Both the position numbers and the translations under genes were made by a program. A stretch of 22,290 bases of DNA, taken from the IMG/VR virus record IMGVR_UViG_2563366854_000001, positions 1-22,290 of that record. One strand, 5' to 3'. Shown piece after piece: positions 1 through 7,511 of the stretch. This DNA is from a virus. Taxonomy: Duplodnaviria; Heunggongvirae; Uroviricota; Caudoviricetes. Under the pieces are notes generated by a model that was not told the origin of the DNA, did not search any database, and worked only from the letters and a program-made list of their open reading frames with translations. Numbering within the stretch: position 1 is the first letter of the stretch; every line of letters starts with the position of its first letter.

Positions 1-1164
1 TTACGCCTTCTTTATATCCTCCATAATTCCACAGTGGGACATATTTGGGACATTATCACCAAAAATGTCGTCTATTTTCCTTGCATGCTCTGTCAAATGA
101 TTAGGCGCAAGGTGAGCATACCTACGAACCATTTCTATGGACTCCCATCCGCCCATTTCCTGAAGCACAGATAATGGGACGCCTGACTGGATCAGCCAGC
201 TTGCCCAGGTGTGTCTGAGGTCATGGAAACGGAAATCTTCAATTCCTGCACGACGACAAGCTGATAGCCATGATGTCTTGCTGTCGATGCGCATCTTCCT
301 GACCGCAGGCGTTGATGTTCCATCTGCTCGCTTAGCCGCCTTGGTATGTACAAACACCCATTTGTGATGCTTGCCTATTTGATCACGCAACACTTTACAG
401 GCGGTATCGTTCAGCGCCACACCAATGGCGCGGTTTGATTTGCTCTCTTCTGGATTCACCCAGGCAACTCGTCGCTGCATGTCGATTTGTTGCCATTCCA
501 GATTTATGATGTTCGACTTTCTCAGACCAGTTGCCAGCGCAAACTTGACGACAGATTTCAGTGGTTCGGGGCACTCATCAATAAGGCGTTTTGCTTCCTC
601 CTTTTCCAGCCATCTGACTCGCTTGTTTCTGACCGCTGGTATCTTGATGACAGGCGCTTTTTCCAGCCACTTCCAGTCGCGTTCTGCAGCACGGAGAATG
701 GCCTTTATCATGGCAAGATGCTTTGCCTTTGTCTGAGTTGATACTGGCTTTGGTTCATAAACAGGCGGTTCTTTACCTTTCCTGATGGCGGCCTGAACTT
801 TCTGTTTCCATATTTCTTTCGTCTTTCTGTTATGCATTCTGCTTACAGCAGAGTAAATCTTTGCCTCCGAGATATCTTTAAGCCTTATACCCTCAAAATG
901 TTCAAGCCAGAACTCAATCCGGCTTTTATCTGAATCGAGAGATTTTTTATCAGCTTTTTCCTCAAGCCATCTTAGGCAGGCCTCTTCAAAAGTGACATCA
1001 GGTAAATCCCCTAGCTTTTCTACTCGCCAGAGTTCTGCTTTTCGCTTGTCGTGCAACTCCTGAGCTTGCCGCTTGTCCTTTGTGCCAAGAGATTCCTTAA
1101 TTCGTTTCCCGCCCGGGAGCGAATACGAGGCATACCATATTTCATTTCTGCGGAAGAGTGACAT
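1..1164 (-). CDS. int: Phage integrase, tyrosine recombinase family
   Basis: 387-aa ORF; C-terminal region carries the tyrosine-recombinase pattern (HDLRHTWAS...LGGW...RRYAH); start ATG at 1162-1164 preceded by AGGAAAG; sits at the prophage end next to an Xis-like gene. Confidence 0.9.
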   Translation of the reverse strand: MSLFRRNEIWYASYSLPGGKRIKESLGTKDKRQAQELHDKRKAELWRVEKLGDLPDVTFEEACLRWLEEKADKKSLDSDKSRIEFWLEHFEGIRLKDISEAKIYSAVSRMHNRKTKEIWKQKVQAAIRKGKEPPVYEPKPVSTQTKAKHLAMIKAILRAAERDWKWLEKAPVIKIPAVRNKRVRWLEKEEAKRLIDECPEPLKSVVKFALATGLRKSNIINLEWQQIDMQRRVAWVNPEESKSNRAIGVALNDTACKVLRDQIGKHHKWVFVHTKAAKRADGTSTPAVRKMRIDSKTSWLSACRRAGIEDFRFHDLRHTWASWLIQSGVPLSVLQEMGGWESIEMVRRYAHLAPNHLTEHARKIDDIFGDNVPNMSHCGIMEDIKKA

Positions 1165-1391
1165 TTTCTTTCCTCTGTTATGCCATCACCCGCGCTCACT
1201 TGGACAGTATGCAGCGGAGACTGAAGCGCCGCAATGCAAGCTTGCCGTGTTGTGAGGTAAGGAGATTTTGGCTTGGTTGGATCTTTACGTGTTGCCTGTA
1301 GGCGGCCTGTTCGTATCCAGTTGGTGGCGGTTGGTCTGGATATCTTAAGAAACTGACAGGCCTCATCGAGTGTGAGGCTGTATGGCTCCAT
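1020..1391 (-). CDS. xis: Excisionase / AlpA-like HTH DNA-binding protein
   Basis: Internal Met of the 1020..1475 ORF gives [31 protein letters not shown], typical of Xis/AlpA HTH; its ATG overlaps the stop of the upstream gene (TAATG at 1389-1393). The 3' end overlaps int by about 145 nt, so the true C-terminus is uncertain. Confidence 0.65.
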   Translation of the reverse strand: MEPYSLTLDEACQFLKISRPTATNWIRTGRLQATRKDPTKPKSPYLTTRQACIAALQSPLHTVQVSAGDGITEERKCHSSAEMKYGMPRIRSRAGNELRNLLAQRTSGKLRSCTTSEKQNSGE

Positions 1392-1696
1392 TATTTCACC
1401 TCTTGCTGTGTCATTGTTGAAAAATGGATACCAGCTCGTTGCTGCCAGACGATCCAACCGAGAGTCATATCCCATGCCATGTATTCGTTATCGCCGTTTT
1501 TTACTCTCCGACGATCTACTAAGTCACCGAAACGCTTTTCCATGAATAATTCATAGGCTTCGCGTTCATCTGGCTCTACTTCCAGAGATACGAGTGCGAT
1601 TTCATAAGCACGGCGCTCAATATCGTCTCGAACCTCTAGGCTGCTGATTCGTTCTTTGATTTCTTTAATCAGTTCTTTATTGGTAAATGTGGTCAT
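1391..1696 (-). CDS. Hypothetical early-operon protein (YfdT-like by size and position)
   Basis: 101-aa ORF, translationally coupled on both sides (GGAG-N5-ATG; TAATG overlaps); acidic helical composition. Confidence 0.6.
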   Translation of the reverse strand: MTTFTNKELIKEIKERISSLEVRDDIERRAYEIALVSLEVEPDEREAYELFMEKRFGDLVDRRRVKNGDNEYMAWDMTLGWIVWQQRAGIHFSTMTQQEVK

Positions 1697-2058
1697 TATG
1701 CTCCAGCCTCCGGTGCTTTTGGCATTACTGCCCAGTGAGTGATATTGACGTTTTCAAGGTCCCCGACCTGAAATGTCCACTGCCATTCTCCGGTTTCTTT
1801 TTGTCCCCAGGTGTACCAGAGAGAACGCCAGCCAATCAGCCAGCCTTCTCCATTAGCATCAAATAACAGAACACTTTCATTTGCTGGTGGCAGTTCAGCT
1901 GACACTGGTATTATTTTGTTTTCCAGTGCCGCACATTTAGCTTCAAGCGCGTCGAATTTACGTAACAGGTACTCAGCATTTGTTTCATTCACTTTCAGAT
2001 CTCGCGGTACACATTTCCCGCGAAGAAACCCTTCCATTTCGAAAACATTCATGCGCAT
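1696..2058 (-). CDS. Hypothetical Trp-rich phage protein (YfdS-like by size and position)
   Basis: 120-aa ORF; GGAG 9 nt upstream of ATG at 2058; 10-nt overlap with the upstream HD-domain gene. Confidence 0.6.
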   Translation of the reverse strand: MRMNVFEMEGFLRGKCVPRDLKVNETNAEYLLRKFDALEAKCAALENKIIPVSAELPPANESVLLFDANGEGWLIGWRSLWYTWGQKETGEWQWTFQVGDLENVNITHWAVMPKAPEAGA

Positions 2059-2585
2059 TTGCGTAACTCCGATAAATCGTTAAAACGTTCCATAAACATC
2101 CCGTAGGCATGACCCGGTGCCAGTGGAATCACGTTGAACATCTCTGTTGCCGGGATGCCTTCCAGTACAGGCCAGAAAGAGCCATCATCAAGCCCGAGAT
2201 CGCGGCGTTCGGTTGCCAGCATGATGAGATCGGCATATTTCACGGGTGTACTCATAACTGGGGGTAACCCGTATTCCTCACGGATTACGGCGTCTATTTT
2301 TTCTTCCATCCGTTTATAGTCAGGAAGAAGGCGTTTCAGTGGTGCGGGAATGTCCTGGCAATACGCTTCTGTTGCATCATGCATTAACGCTTCAAAAGCA
2401 AATTCCTGCGGCACCAGCTGGCTGCAAAGAACCGCATGTTGGGCGACGCTGTAGAAGTGCGAAAGATGACCGGCAAAGCGACAGATATTTGAAAGGGAAA
2501 CCGCGATATCGTTAATATCGATGTCGTCTTTATTTATCTTGTCATAATAAAAATGCTTCCCGGAAAAAGTTTTAATAAATGACAT
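2049..2585 (-). CDS. HD-domain phosphohydrolase (YfdR-like 5'-deoxynucleotidase family)
   Basis: Start taken at the internal Met MSFIKTF (GGAGAA-N4-ATG); HD signature in SVAQHAV...LMHDATEAY; size matches prophage YfdR-like proteins. Confidence 0.75.
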   Translation of the reverse strand: MSFIKTFSGKHFYYDKINKDDIDINDIAVSLSNICRFAGHLSHFYSVAQHAVLCSQLVPQEFAFEALMHDATEAYCQDIPAPLKRLLPDYKRMEEKIDAVIREEYGLPPVMSTPVKYADLIMLATERRDLGLDDGSFWPVLEGIPATEMFNVIPLAPGHAYGMFMERFNDLSELRKCA

Positions 2586-2679
2586 TTTGTTCTCCACGTA
2601 TATGCACTGCACCGCGCTGAATTCTGGTAAAAGGAAGCCCTCACCATCCGGTGATTATTGAGTTAATTACGTTTCCATA

Positions 2680-2701
2680 AATGCCCCCGCAGGGGCATTT
2701 G
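2680..2701. terminator. Perfect 9-bp-stem hairpin between the YfdQ-like and HD-domain genes (possible intra-operon attenuator or bidirectional terminator)
   Basis: AAATGCCCC-CGCA-GGGGCATTT; A/T tracts are part of the stem; no separate U-tract. Confidence 0.3.
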
Positions 2702-2712
2702 CAGTAATGAAA

Positions 2713-3537
2713 TCAGGCGGTGAAAGTACCAATAAAGGTTTCTACTTTGCTGTCTTTGAATTTCTCAACAAGCAGATCACGAAATTCGTTAGCCATTTCT
2801 TCCTGCACCGCTTCCAGCTGAATAATGCGCAGAACCAGTACAGGACGATCGCCAGTGATAATGCTGAGGCGTAATTTAAACGGACGTTCTTTCAGACCTT
2901 CAAACGGAACGCATTTAAATTCAAATGCCACTGGCATAATGTCTTTGGTCTTCGCTTCGACAGACTCCATCAGGGAGCGTTTGCCGCTGAAGTCATTATC
3001 TTCAAAATCAGCGGTCTGGTTTGCTTCAATCGTGATTTTACGGACTGCCGCAGCCGCTTTTGTTGCTTGAATGGCGTCACCATTAGCATCAAAGCCCACA
3101 AGGTAGTCGGCCCAGTCTTCGATCCATTCTGCCAGTGACCTCTGGGAGTTACGCTCGCCGTTAACAGACAACAGAGCAGAGAACGGTGCTGTCTTTTTCA
3201 GTTTGAGAGTGGCAGTGTTATCTGCGTGACCTGGCTCATCAATAGTACCCAGGTTAAGCACACTGACGGCACGCATATTATCGGCATCGATAAAGCAGCG
3301 GGTGCCTTCATCTGCAAGATCTTTAGAATAACGGGTAAAATCATCGATGCTGGCAGTGGAAAGTGCACCACGGAAACGGAAGCGATTTAAATTAAATTTT
3401 TCCAGATCATGAATGCGGAAATTCTCAGGCAATGCCACAGCATCGGCACCAATCTTACTGATAATTTCATTAACACCCTGAGCAGAAATAAGGGCATGGA
3501 TTTGATTAATTGCGGTTGCGTCTAAGTTCTGAGACAT
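2713..3537 (-). CDS. Conserved prophage protein, YfdQ-like
   Basis: 274-aa ORF with GAGGA 7 nt upstream of ATG; length and neighbourhood match the yfdQ position of KplE1/CPS-53-type prophages (recognition from memory). Confidence 0.65.
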   Translation of the reverse strand: MSQNLDATAINQIHALISAQGVNEIISKIGADAVALPENFRIHDLEKFNLNRFRFRGALSTASIDDFTRYSKDLADEGTRCFIDADNMRAVSVLNLGTIDEPGHADNTATLKLKKTAPFSALLSVNGERNSQRSLAEWIEDWADYLVGFDANGDAIQATKAAAAVRKITIEANQTADFEDNDFSGKRSLMESVEAKTKDIMPVAFEFKCVPFEGLKERPFKLRLSIITGDRPVLVLRIIQLEAVQEEMANEFRDLLVEKFKDSKVETFIGTFTA

Positions 3538-3602
3538 AATAAGTCCTCACTATATAAAGATATTCAGTGATGAGATAAATAATCAGTTTATTACGAACGA
3601 TA

Positions 3603-3965
3603 TTAACGACCTGCTGCGCGGAGTTTTCCGTCAGGTTCACCGGCAAGAGTCAGTAATTGTCCCTGGTCTTCCTGCAGAATAGTCAGGCGACCACCGCGAT
3701 TGACATACATCGGCGTTTCGGTGGTGTCTTCTTCGGAAATTTTCCCGCGGTTAGTTGGGCGAACATATGAGAGTTTGTGTTTGATTTTCACACGGTTCTC
3801 ATCAAACGGTTCGATTTCCAGATTGAGTGAGACCTTCCCTTTGGTTTTCGTGTTCATCACACCGGAAGCGACCTCACTGAGAACTGCGCCGATTTTGGTT
3901 TCAAATACGCCGCCGTCCAGCTCCCCGATAAATGCCTGCACATCAGTACTGCGTTCGCTAGCCAT
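3603..3965 (-). CDS. Hypothetical phage protein (YfdP-like by size and position)
   Basis: Start at internal Met MASERSTD (GAGGAG-N8-ATG at 3963-3965); 120 aa. The longer 182-aa ORF upstream of this Met lies in GC-rich non-coding-looking sequence. Confidence 0.6.
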   Translation of the reverse strand: MASERSTDVQAFIGELDGGVFETKIGAVLSEVASGVMNTKTKGKVSLNLEIEPFDENRVKIKHKLSYVRPTNRGKISEEDTTETPMYVNRGGRLTILQEDQGQLLTLAGEPDGKLRAAGR

Positions 3966-4426
3966 TTTGCTGCTCCTCATCATATCGACCCTGCAAGGTC
4001 GGTTGGTTTCTCCACAAAACAGAGAAGAACACCTGCGGTGGCAGCCGCCCGGATGGATTGGGTTATGAGCCCGTCGTCCGGTGATGCTCTTCTCTGTTTT
4101 GTAAAAAGAGCGGTGCCAGCCGGAAGCAAGTGTACAAACTGGTACCGCCAAAGCAGTGGCTGTTGTGGTGCCGGGTGCCTCCCGGTGCCTGGCGAAGGTT
4201 GCACACCAGGCGGGTGGGTATCCACAGAAGGTCGACTGTCAGCCTCAACCTTAACCCGCGTGCGCTGAGCCGCATTCACCACAACGCTAAGGATTCTCTC
4301 TGGTTGAAAATACTTAGCTGTTATGTGCCTGCTTTTAGCCACATCAGGCGAGGTGGACCTGGTTATTCCCCAACAACAAGGATTCGGTTAATCTTGATAC
4401 CCCCAATAACATGGTGATTATTTAAG
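3966..4426. promoter_or_regulatory. GC-rich ORF-free divergent intergenic region with a long inverted repeat; candidate divergent promoters and/or structured RNA
   Basis: All frames carry overlapping junk-like ORFs; 17-bp inverted repeat (4015-4031 vs 4085-4101, one mismatch) enclosing a 53-nt GC-rich segment; flanked by divergently transcribed genes. Confidence 0.3.
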
Positions 4427-4930
4427 ATGGACAAATTTGATAGAAGTGCACAAAGGCAGTTGTTACAAATACTGTATGATGCTCATCCTTATGAAATTTC
4501 TGATGATGCGTTGCAGTCTGTTCGTGACGCATTTGGAGATGATAATGTCCTAATTTCGAACTTAATTTATCTCGAAGAACATGGCTTGATTAAGAATGCT
4601 CTTGATTATTACTTGGATGGCATAAATATAAATATTCCTGAATTAAGAATTACTAAAGATGGAATTGATTTCATTCGTGATGATGGAGGTCTTAAAGCTA
4701 TTCTTGGGATTATGACAATAAGATTGCATGATGAGACTCTCTGTGAACTTGAACGTATCATCAATAGTTCTACTTCTGCCACGACTGAAGATAAGAAGAA
4801 ATTACTCTCTCAGCTTCGAACGCTTCCTGCCGACGCCATAAAACAGCTGACGATTCGATTACTTGGTCAGGGGCTTGACCATCTGCCGGACGTATTTCAC
4901 GTAATTCAAAAAGCCCTCCATTCTCTGTAA
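4427..4930 (+). CDS. Hypothetical protein, putative N-terminal winged-helix domain (AT-rich accessory gene)
   Basis: 167-aa ORF starting at ATG 4427; AT-rich codon usage unlike flanking genes; motifs LIYLEEHGLIKN and ITKDGIDFI resemble wHTH recognition helix and wing. Confidence 0.6.
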   Translation: MDKFDRSAQRQLLQILYDAHPYEISDDALQSVRDAFGDDNVLISNLIYLEEHGLIKNALDYYLDGININIPELRITKDGIDFIRDDGGLKAILGIMTIRLHDETLCELERIINSSTSATTEDKKKLLSQLRTLPADAIKQLTIRLLGQGLDHLPDVFHVIQKALHSL

Positions 4931-5108
4931 ATTCTGATTCTGGTCGGATTAGACAGAATCGTCCCCATCCGACCTGCTTACTAAGTAGAATCCAGAATTC
5001 GTCTTGTTGGTTGGTGCTGATAAAAAATCCATTAGGATGAACGTAAGCACAGAATATGACCATAGAACCCTCTTTTGTTACGGGGATACTAAGATTGTTA
5101 AAGAGCTA

Positions 5109-5131
5109 AGCGTCCTGTAGGGCGCTTTTTT
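5109..5131 (+). terminator. Rho-independent terminator-like hairpin
   Basis: AGCGTCC-TGTA-GGGCGCT (7-bp stem with one G-U pair) followed by TTTTTT; about 180 nt downstream of the 4427..4930 stop. Confidence 0.5.
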
Positions 5132-5216
5132 GTTGCTAACGAATCATCCGGTCATTCATACGCCACCGGCGGCTACTTCGTGGGCGTCCTGCCTGTCCGT
5201 GATAGCTTACATTATG

Positions 5217-5288
5217 TTGCTACTTAAAGTAGCAAAAATCAACAACAAAAAGTAGATATTTGTTGTTGTCTATGATTTTTCTATAATT
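5217..5288. promoter_or_regulatory. Operator-like palindromes plus a sigma70-like plus-strand promoter
   Basis: Near-perfect palindrome TTGCTACTT-A-AAGTAGCAA (5217-5235), related to the 13-bp motif repeated next to cI/cro; second inverted repeat AACAACAAA-N9-TTTGTTGTT (5241-5267); TTGTTG (5260-5265), 16-nt spacer, TATAAT (5282-5287). Confidence 0.4.
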
Positions 5289-5426
5289 AATTGAAAGTTA
5301 AATGTTTTTGCTGATTTACTATGCTGTAAACTGAAAATATCGCACGAAGTTGGAGTAGGTATTGAGCATAGTGAATTATGAGGAGGGAGTTTTTTATGAG
5401 ATTAATCAGGGAGAAAGAAGAGTAAA

Positions 5427-5446
5427 GCCCGGTTATGCGGCCGGGC
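5427..5446 (-). terminator. Hairpin immediately downstream of the ParA-like gene (candidate terminator)
   Basis: GCCCGG-N8-CCGGGC; on the minus-strand RNA it is followed by UUUACUCUUCUUUCU; begins 8 nt after the ParA-like stop. Confidence 0.4.
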
Positions 5447-5453
5447 ACATGCA

Positions 5454-6530
5454 TTACTTTGTAAGTTCTAGAACTCGTTGAGCCAGCCCTTTAAATTGTT
5501 CGTTAAAGGCGTCTCTGCTTGATTTCATTGTATTTAAGGCATGCCCAAATTGCCCTGAATCGCGAATTTGCTGATCACTGATGGAGAAAACAGGTGTCGC
5601 TAGTTGTTGGCTTATTGCGATTAATGAGTTGAAATCGGAAATATGCGCAAGATCATAGGCTGATAAATCTCCACTGACTGTTGTTTTGTTAATTGCATGT
5701 TGCACTTTATCTCGTGGAATTATGCAGGTAATTTTTTCTAGATTTGGCACTAAGATCGAATCAACAGCATCACGGATAGCTGCCATCCATTTTTCGAAAG
5801 ATTTTACAGGTGCTCCTTTACGCGGCCTGTATCTCTGCTGAATCATACCTAGAAACTGCGGTGCATTTTTAATTGATTGTGAAGAGTTACCATCATTATT
5901 TTCTTTAAATAATGCTAATTCTTTGTGCCAGCGAGGTATATTTTTTGAGAGAGAGCGAATTGCTTGCCAGCAAAAAAAGTCTGGAGCTACAGGTACGATA
6001 AAATAGTCACTTGACATGAGAACTACTTCATTTAAACCTCCAACATTAGGGCTGAGATCATAAAGAATGTAATCAATATTATTCTTCATGGCGATTAGCT
6101 GTAATATTTTTGGCAGGTTCCCTGGTATATTTCTTGTAGCAGGAATACCAGCAGCAATTTTTAGAGAAACACTTATCTGTGAATCTAAGTCCGAAACATC
6201 TAAATGTCCGGGAAGAAGCAGAAGGTTTTCATGCAGTGTAGGGTGTAATTTTCCCGTTTCTTTTTCAAGGTATGCTTCAGGTTGTCCGCCATTAATCAAA
6301 TATTCTACAATAGGTCCAAGAGTTAAGTTATCTCTGCTAGAATAAAAAGAATCTAAACCCTCATCAATCTTTTCATAGCCAAGAACCATTCCTGTTAGAT
6401 TACATTGCGAATCAAGGTCAACCATCAATACTTTCTTGCCTTCATCCGCAAGTGCCCATCCAAGATTGAAGGTTGTTGTGGTTTTACTTACCCCACCTTT
6501 ATGATTAAAAAAACAAATTGATTTTGTCAT
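5454..6530 (-). CDS. ParA/MinD-family P-loop ATPase with long C-terminal extension (orphan; no ParB partner seen)
   Basis: 358-aa ORF; deviant Walker A NHKGGVSKTTT near the N-terminus, VLMVDLDSQCNLT motif, Walker-B-like ILYDLSPNVGG; AGGA upstream of the ATG; AT-rich; same strand as and directly downstream of the cI-like repressor. Confidence 0.8.
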   Translation of the reverse strand: MTKSICFFNHKGGVSKTTTTFNLGWALADEGKKVLMVDLDSQCNLTGMVLGYEKIDEGLDSFYSSRDNLTLGPIVEYLINGGQPEAYLEKETGKLHPTLHENLLLLPGHLDVSDLDSQISVSLKIAAGIPATRNIPGNLPKILQLIAMKNNIDYILYDLSPNVGGLNEVVLMSSDYFIVPVAPDFFCWQAIRSLSKNIPRWHKELALFKENNDGNSSQSIKNAPQFLGMIQQRYRPRKGAPVKSFEKWMAAIRDAVDSILVPNLEKITCIIPRDKVQHAINKTTVSGDLSAYDLAHISDFNSLIAISQQLATPVFSISDQQIRDSGQFGHALNTMKSSRDAFNEQFKGLAQRVLELTK

Positions 6531-6700
6531 ATTTCTCTATCCTTTCGACCCCCAGCATATTGTAATTTACGCTGGGTGATTATTTTATATTGTTAATGAT
6601 AATGTTTAATAAAAATAAGAGAGTAAAACAACTATTAGTAATAGCACTTGCTTGATAAATATTATTTTTTCACCTTTAGTTCTATAGTCTAAACGAAGAA

Positions 6701-7462
6701 CTAAAGCCGGTTGTATTTAATTGATTCGTGTATCAATGCTTTGCCCATAACATAAAGTTGATCTTGGGACTTCTCATCAATGTACCATTTCTCATAGGCT
6801 GGATTATCCGAAAGAACGGCGAGTTTGTTGCCTTGCATTTGTAGACGTTTAACGTGGAACGTCTTACCATAAACGAAAGAGTAAACACCATCAGTTTGGA
6901 AGTTGCGAACAGAAATGTCGACAAACAGTCGATCTCCGGAAACTAGAGTAGGGGACATGCTGTCGCCATTTACAGTCATAACTTTAATATCATCTTGAGA
7001 ACGATTACCGAAAAGAGAACGGGCATGCTCTGTTGTGAACTCAATGGCGTAGAGCACATCAACATAGTCTGAAAGCATATAGGTTCCAGGTCCTGCGCTA
7101 ACGCTAAGATCCAAAACTTCTATCCTGTATACATCGGGTTTTGTTGGATTGGGGATGCTTGCCATTTCCTTACATCCTTCTCTCTCGCCAACACCATATT
7201 CTAAATATGAAGCTGATACCCCCAGAGCCAATGCAAGTTTATTCATGACAGAGGCACGAGGCTTCGCAGCGCCGATTGTGTATCGCCGCGCCATTTCATA
7301 TGTAACGCCCACAAGACTTTTGAGTTGGGTGACAGAAATTCCCTTGTTTGTCATTAGCTCGTTTAGTCTCTTGGCGAAATCTGGATACTTCTGTTCTTCT
7401 ACCATAGGTAGAAGGTTACTCGCATCACATACGCTAGTCATTTCTATTTTAAGTAGTTGCAT
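6701..7462 (-). CDS. cI-like prophage repressor (XRE-type HTH plus S24 LexA-like peptidase domain)
   Basis: HTH LMTNKGISVTQLKSLVGVTYEMARRY; Ala-Gly cleavage-site-like SAGPG; S24 motifs VNGDSMSPTL and KRL. Start is ambiguous (7462, 7441 or 7405) with no strong SD, so it may be leaderless. Confidence 0.85.
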   Translation of the reverse strand: MQLLKIEMTSVCDASNLLPMVEEQKYPDFAKRLNELMTNKGISVTQLKSLVGVTYEMARRYTIGAAKPRASVMNKLALALGVSASYLEYGVGEREGCKEMASIPNPTKPDVYRIEVLDLSVSAGPGTYMLSDYVDVLYAIEFTTEHARSLFGNRSQDDIKVMTVNGDSMSPTLVSGDRLFVDISVRNFQTDGVYSFVYGKTFHVKRLQMQGNKLAVLSDNPAYEKWYIDEKSQDQLYVMGKALIHESIKYNRL

Positions 7463-7503
7463 TCTGCTATTTTAAGTAGCATCATCCCTCTGAATTTCAG
7501 AGG
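7444..7503. promoter_or_regulatory. Immunity-region operators between cI and cro
   Basis: Two identical 13-bp copies CTATTTTAAGTAG (7444-7456 and 7467-7479, 23 bp centre to centre) plus palindrome CCTCTGAA-T-TTCAGAGG (7487-7503) overlapping the cro SD. Confidence 0.55.
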
Positions 7504-7511
7504 AGAAAGGT

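Noticed and set aside
3980-4417. Several overlapping ORFs (3980..4342 minus, 4038..4268 plus, 4063..4275 minus, 4130..4417 plus), and the N-terminal 62 codons of the 3603..4151 ORF
   Set aside because: Mutually overlapping in multiple frames within GC-rich sequence, junk-like composition, no ribosome-binding sites; the real gene start at 3965 has a strong SD. Treated as non-coding.
6551-6576. Hairpin CCCAGC-N14-GCTGGG in the spacer upstream of the ParA-like gene
   Set aside because: Short 6-bp stem with a large loop in AT-rich sequence; no clear U-tract in the relevant orientation. It may be a minor 5'-UTR structure and is not strong enough to call.
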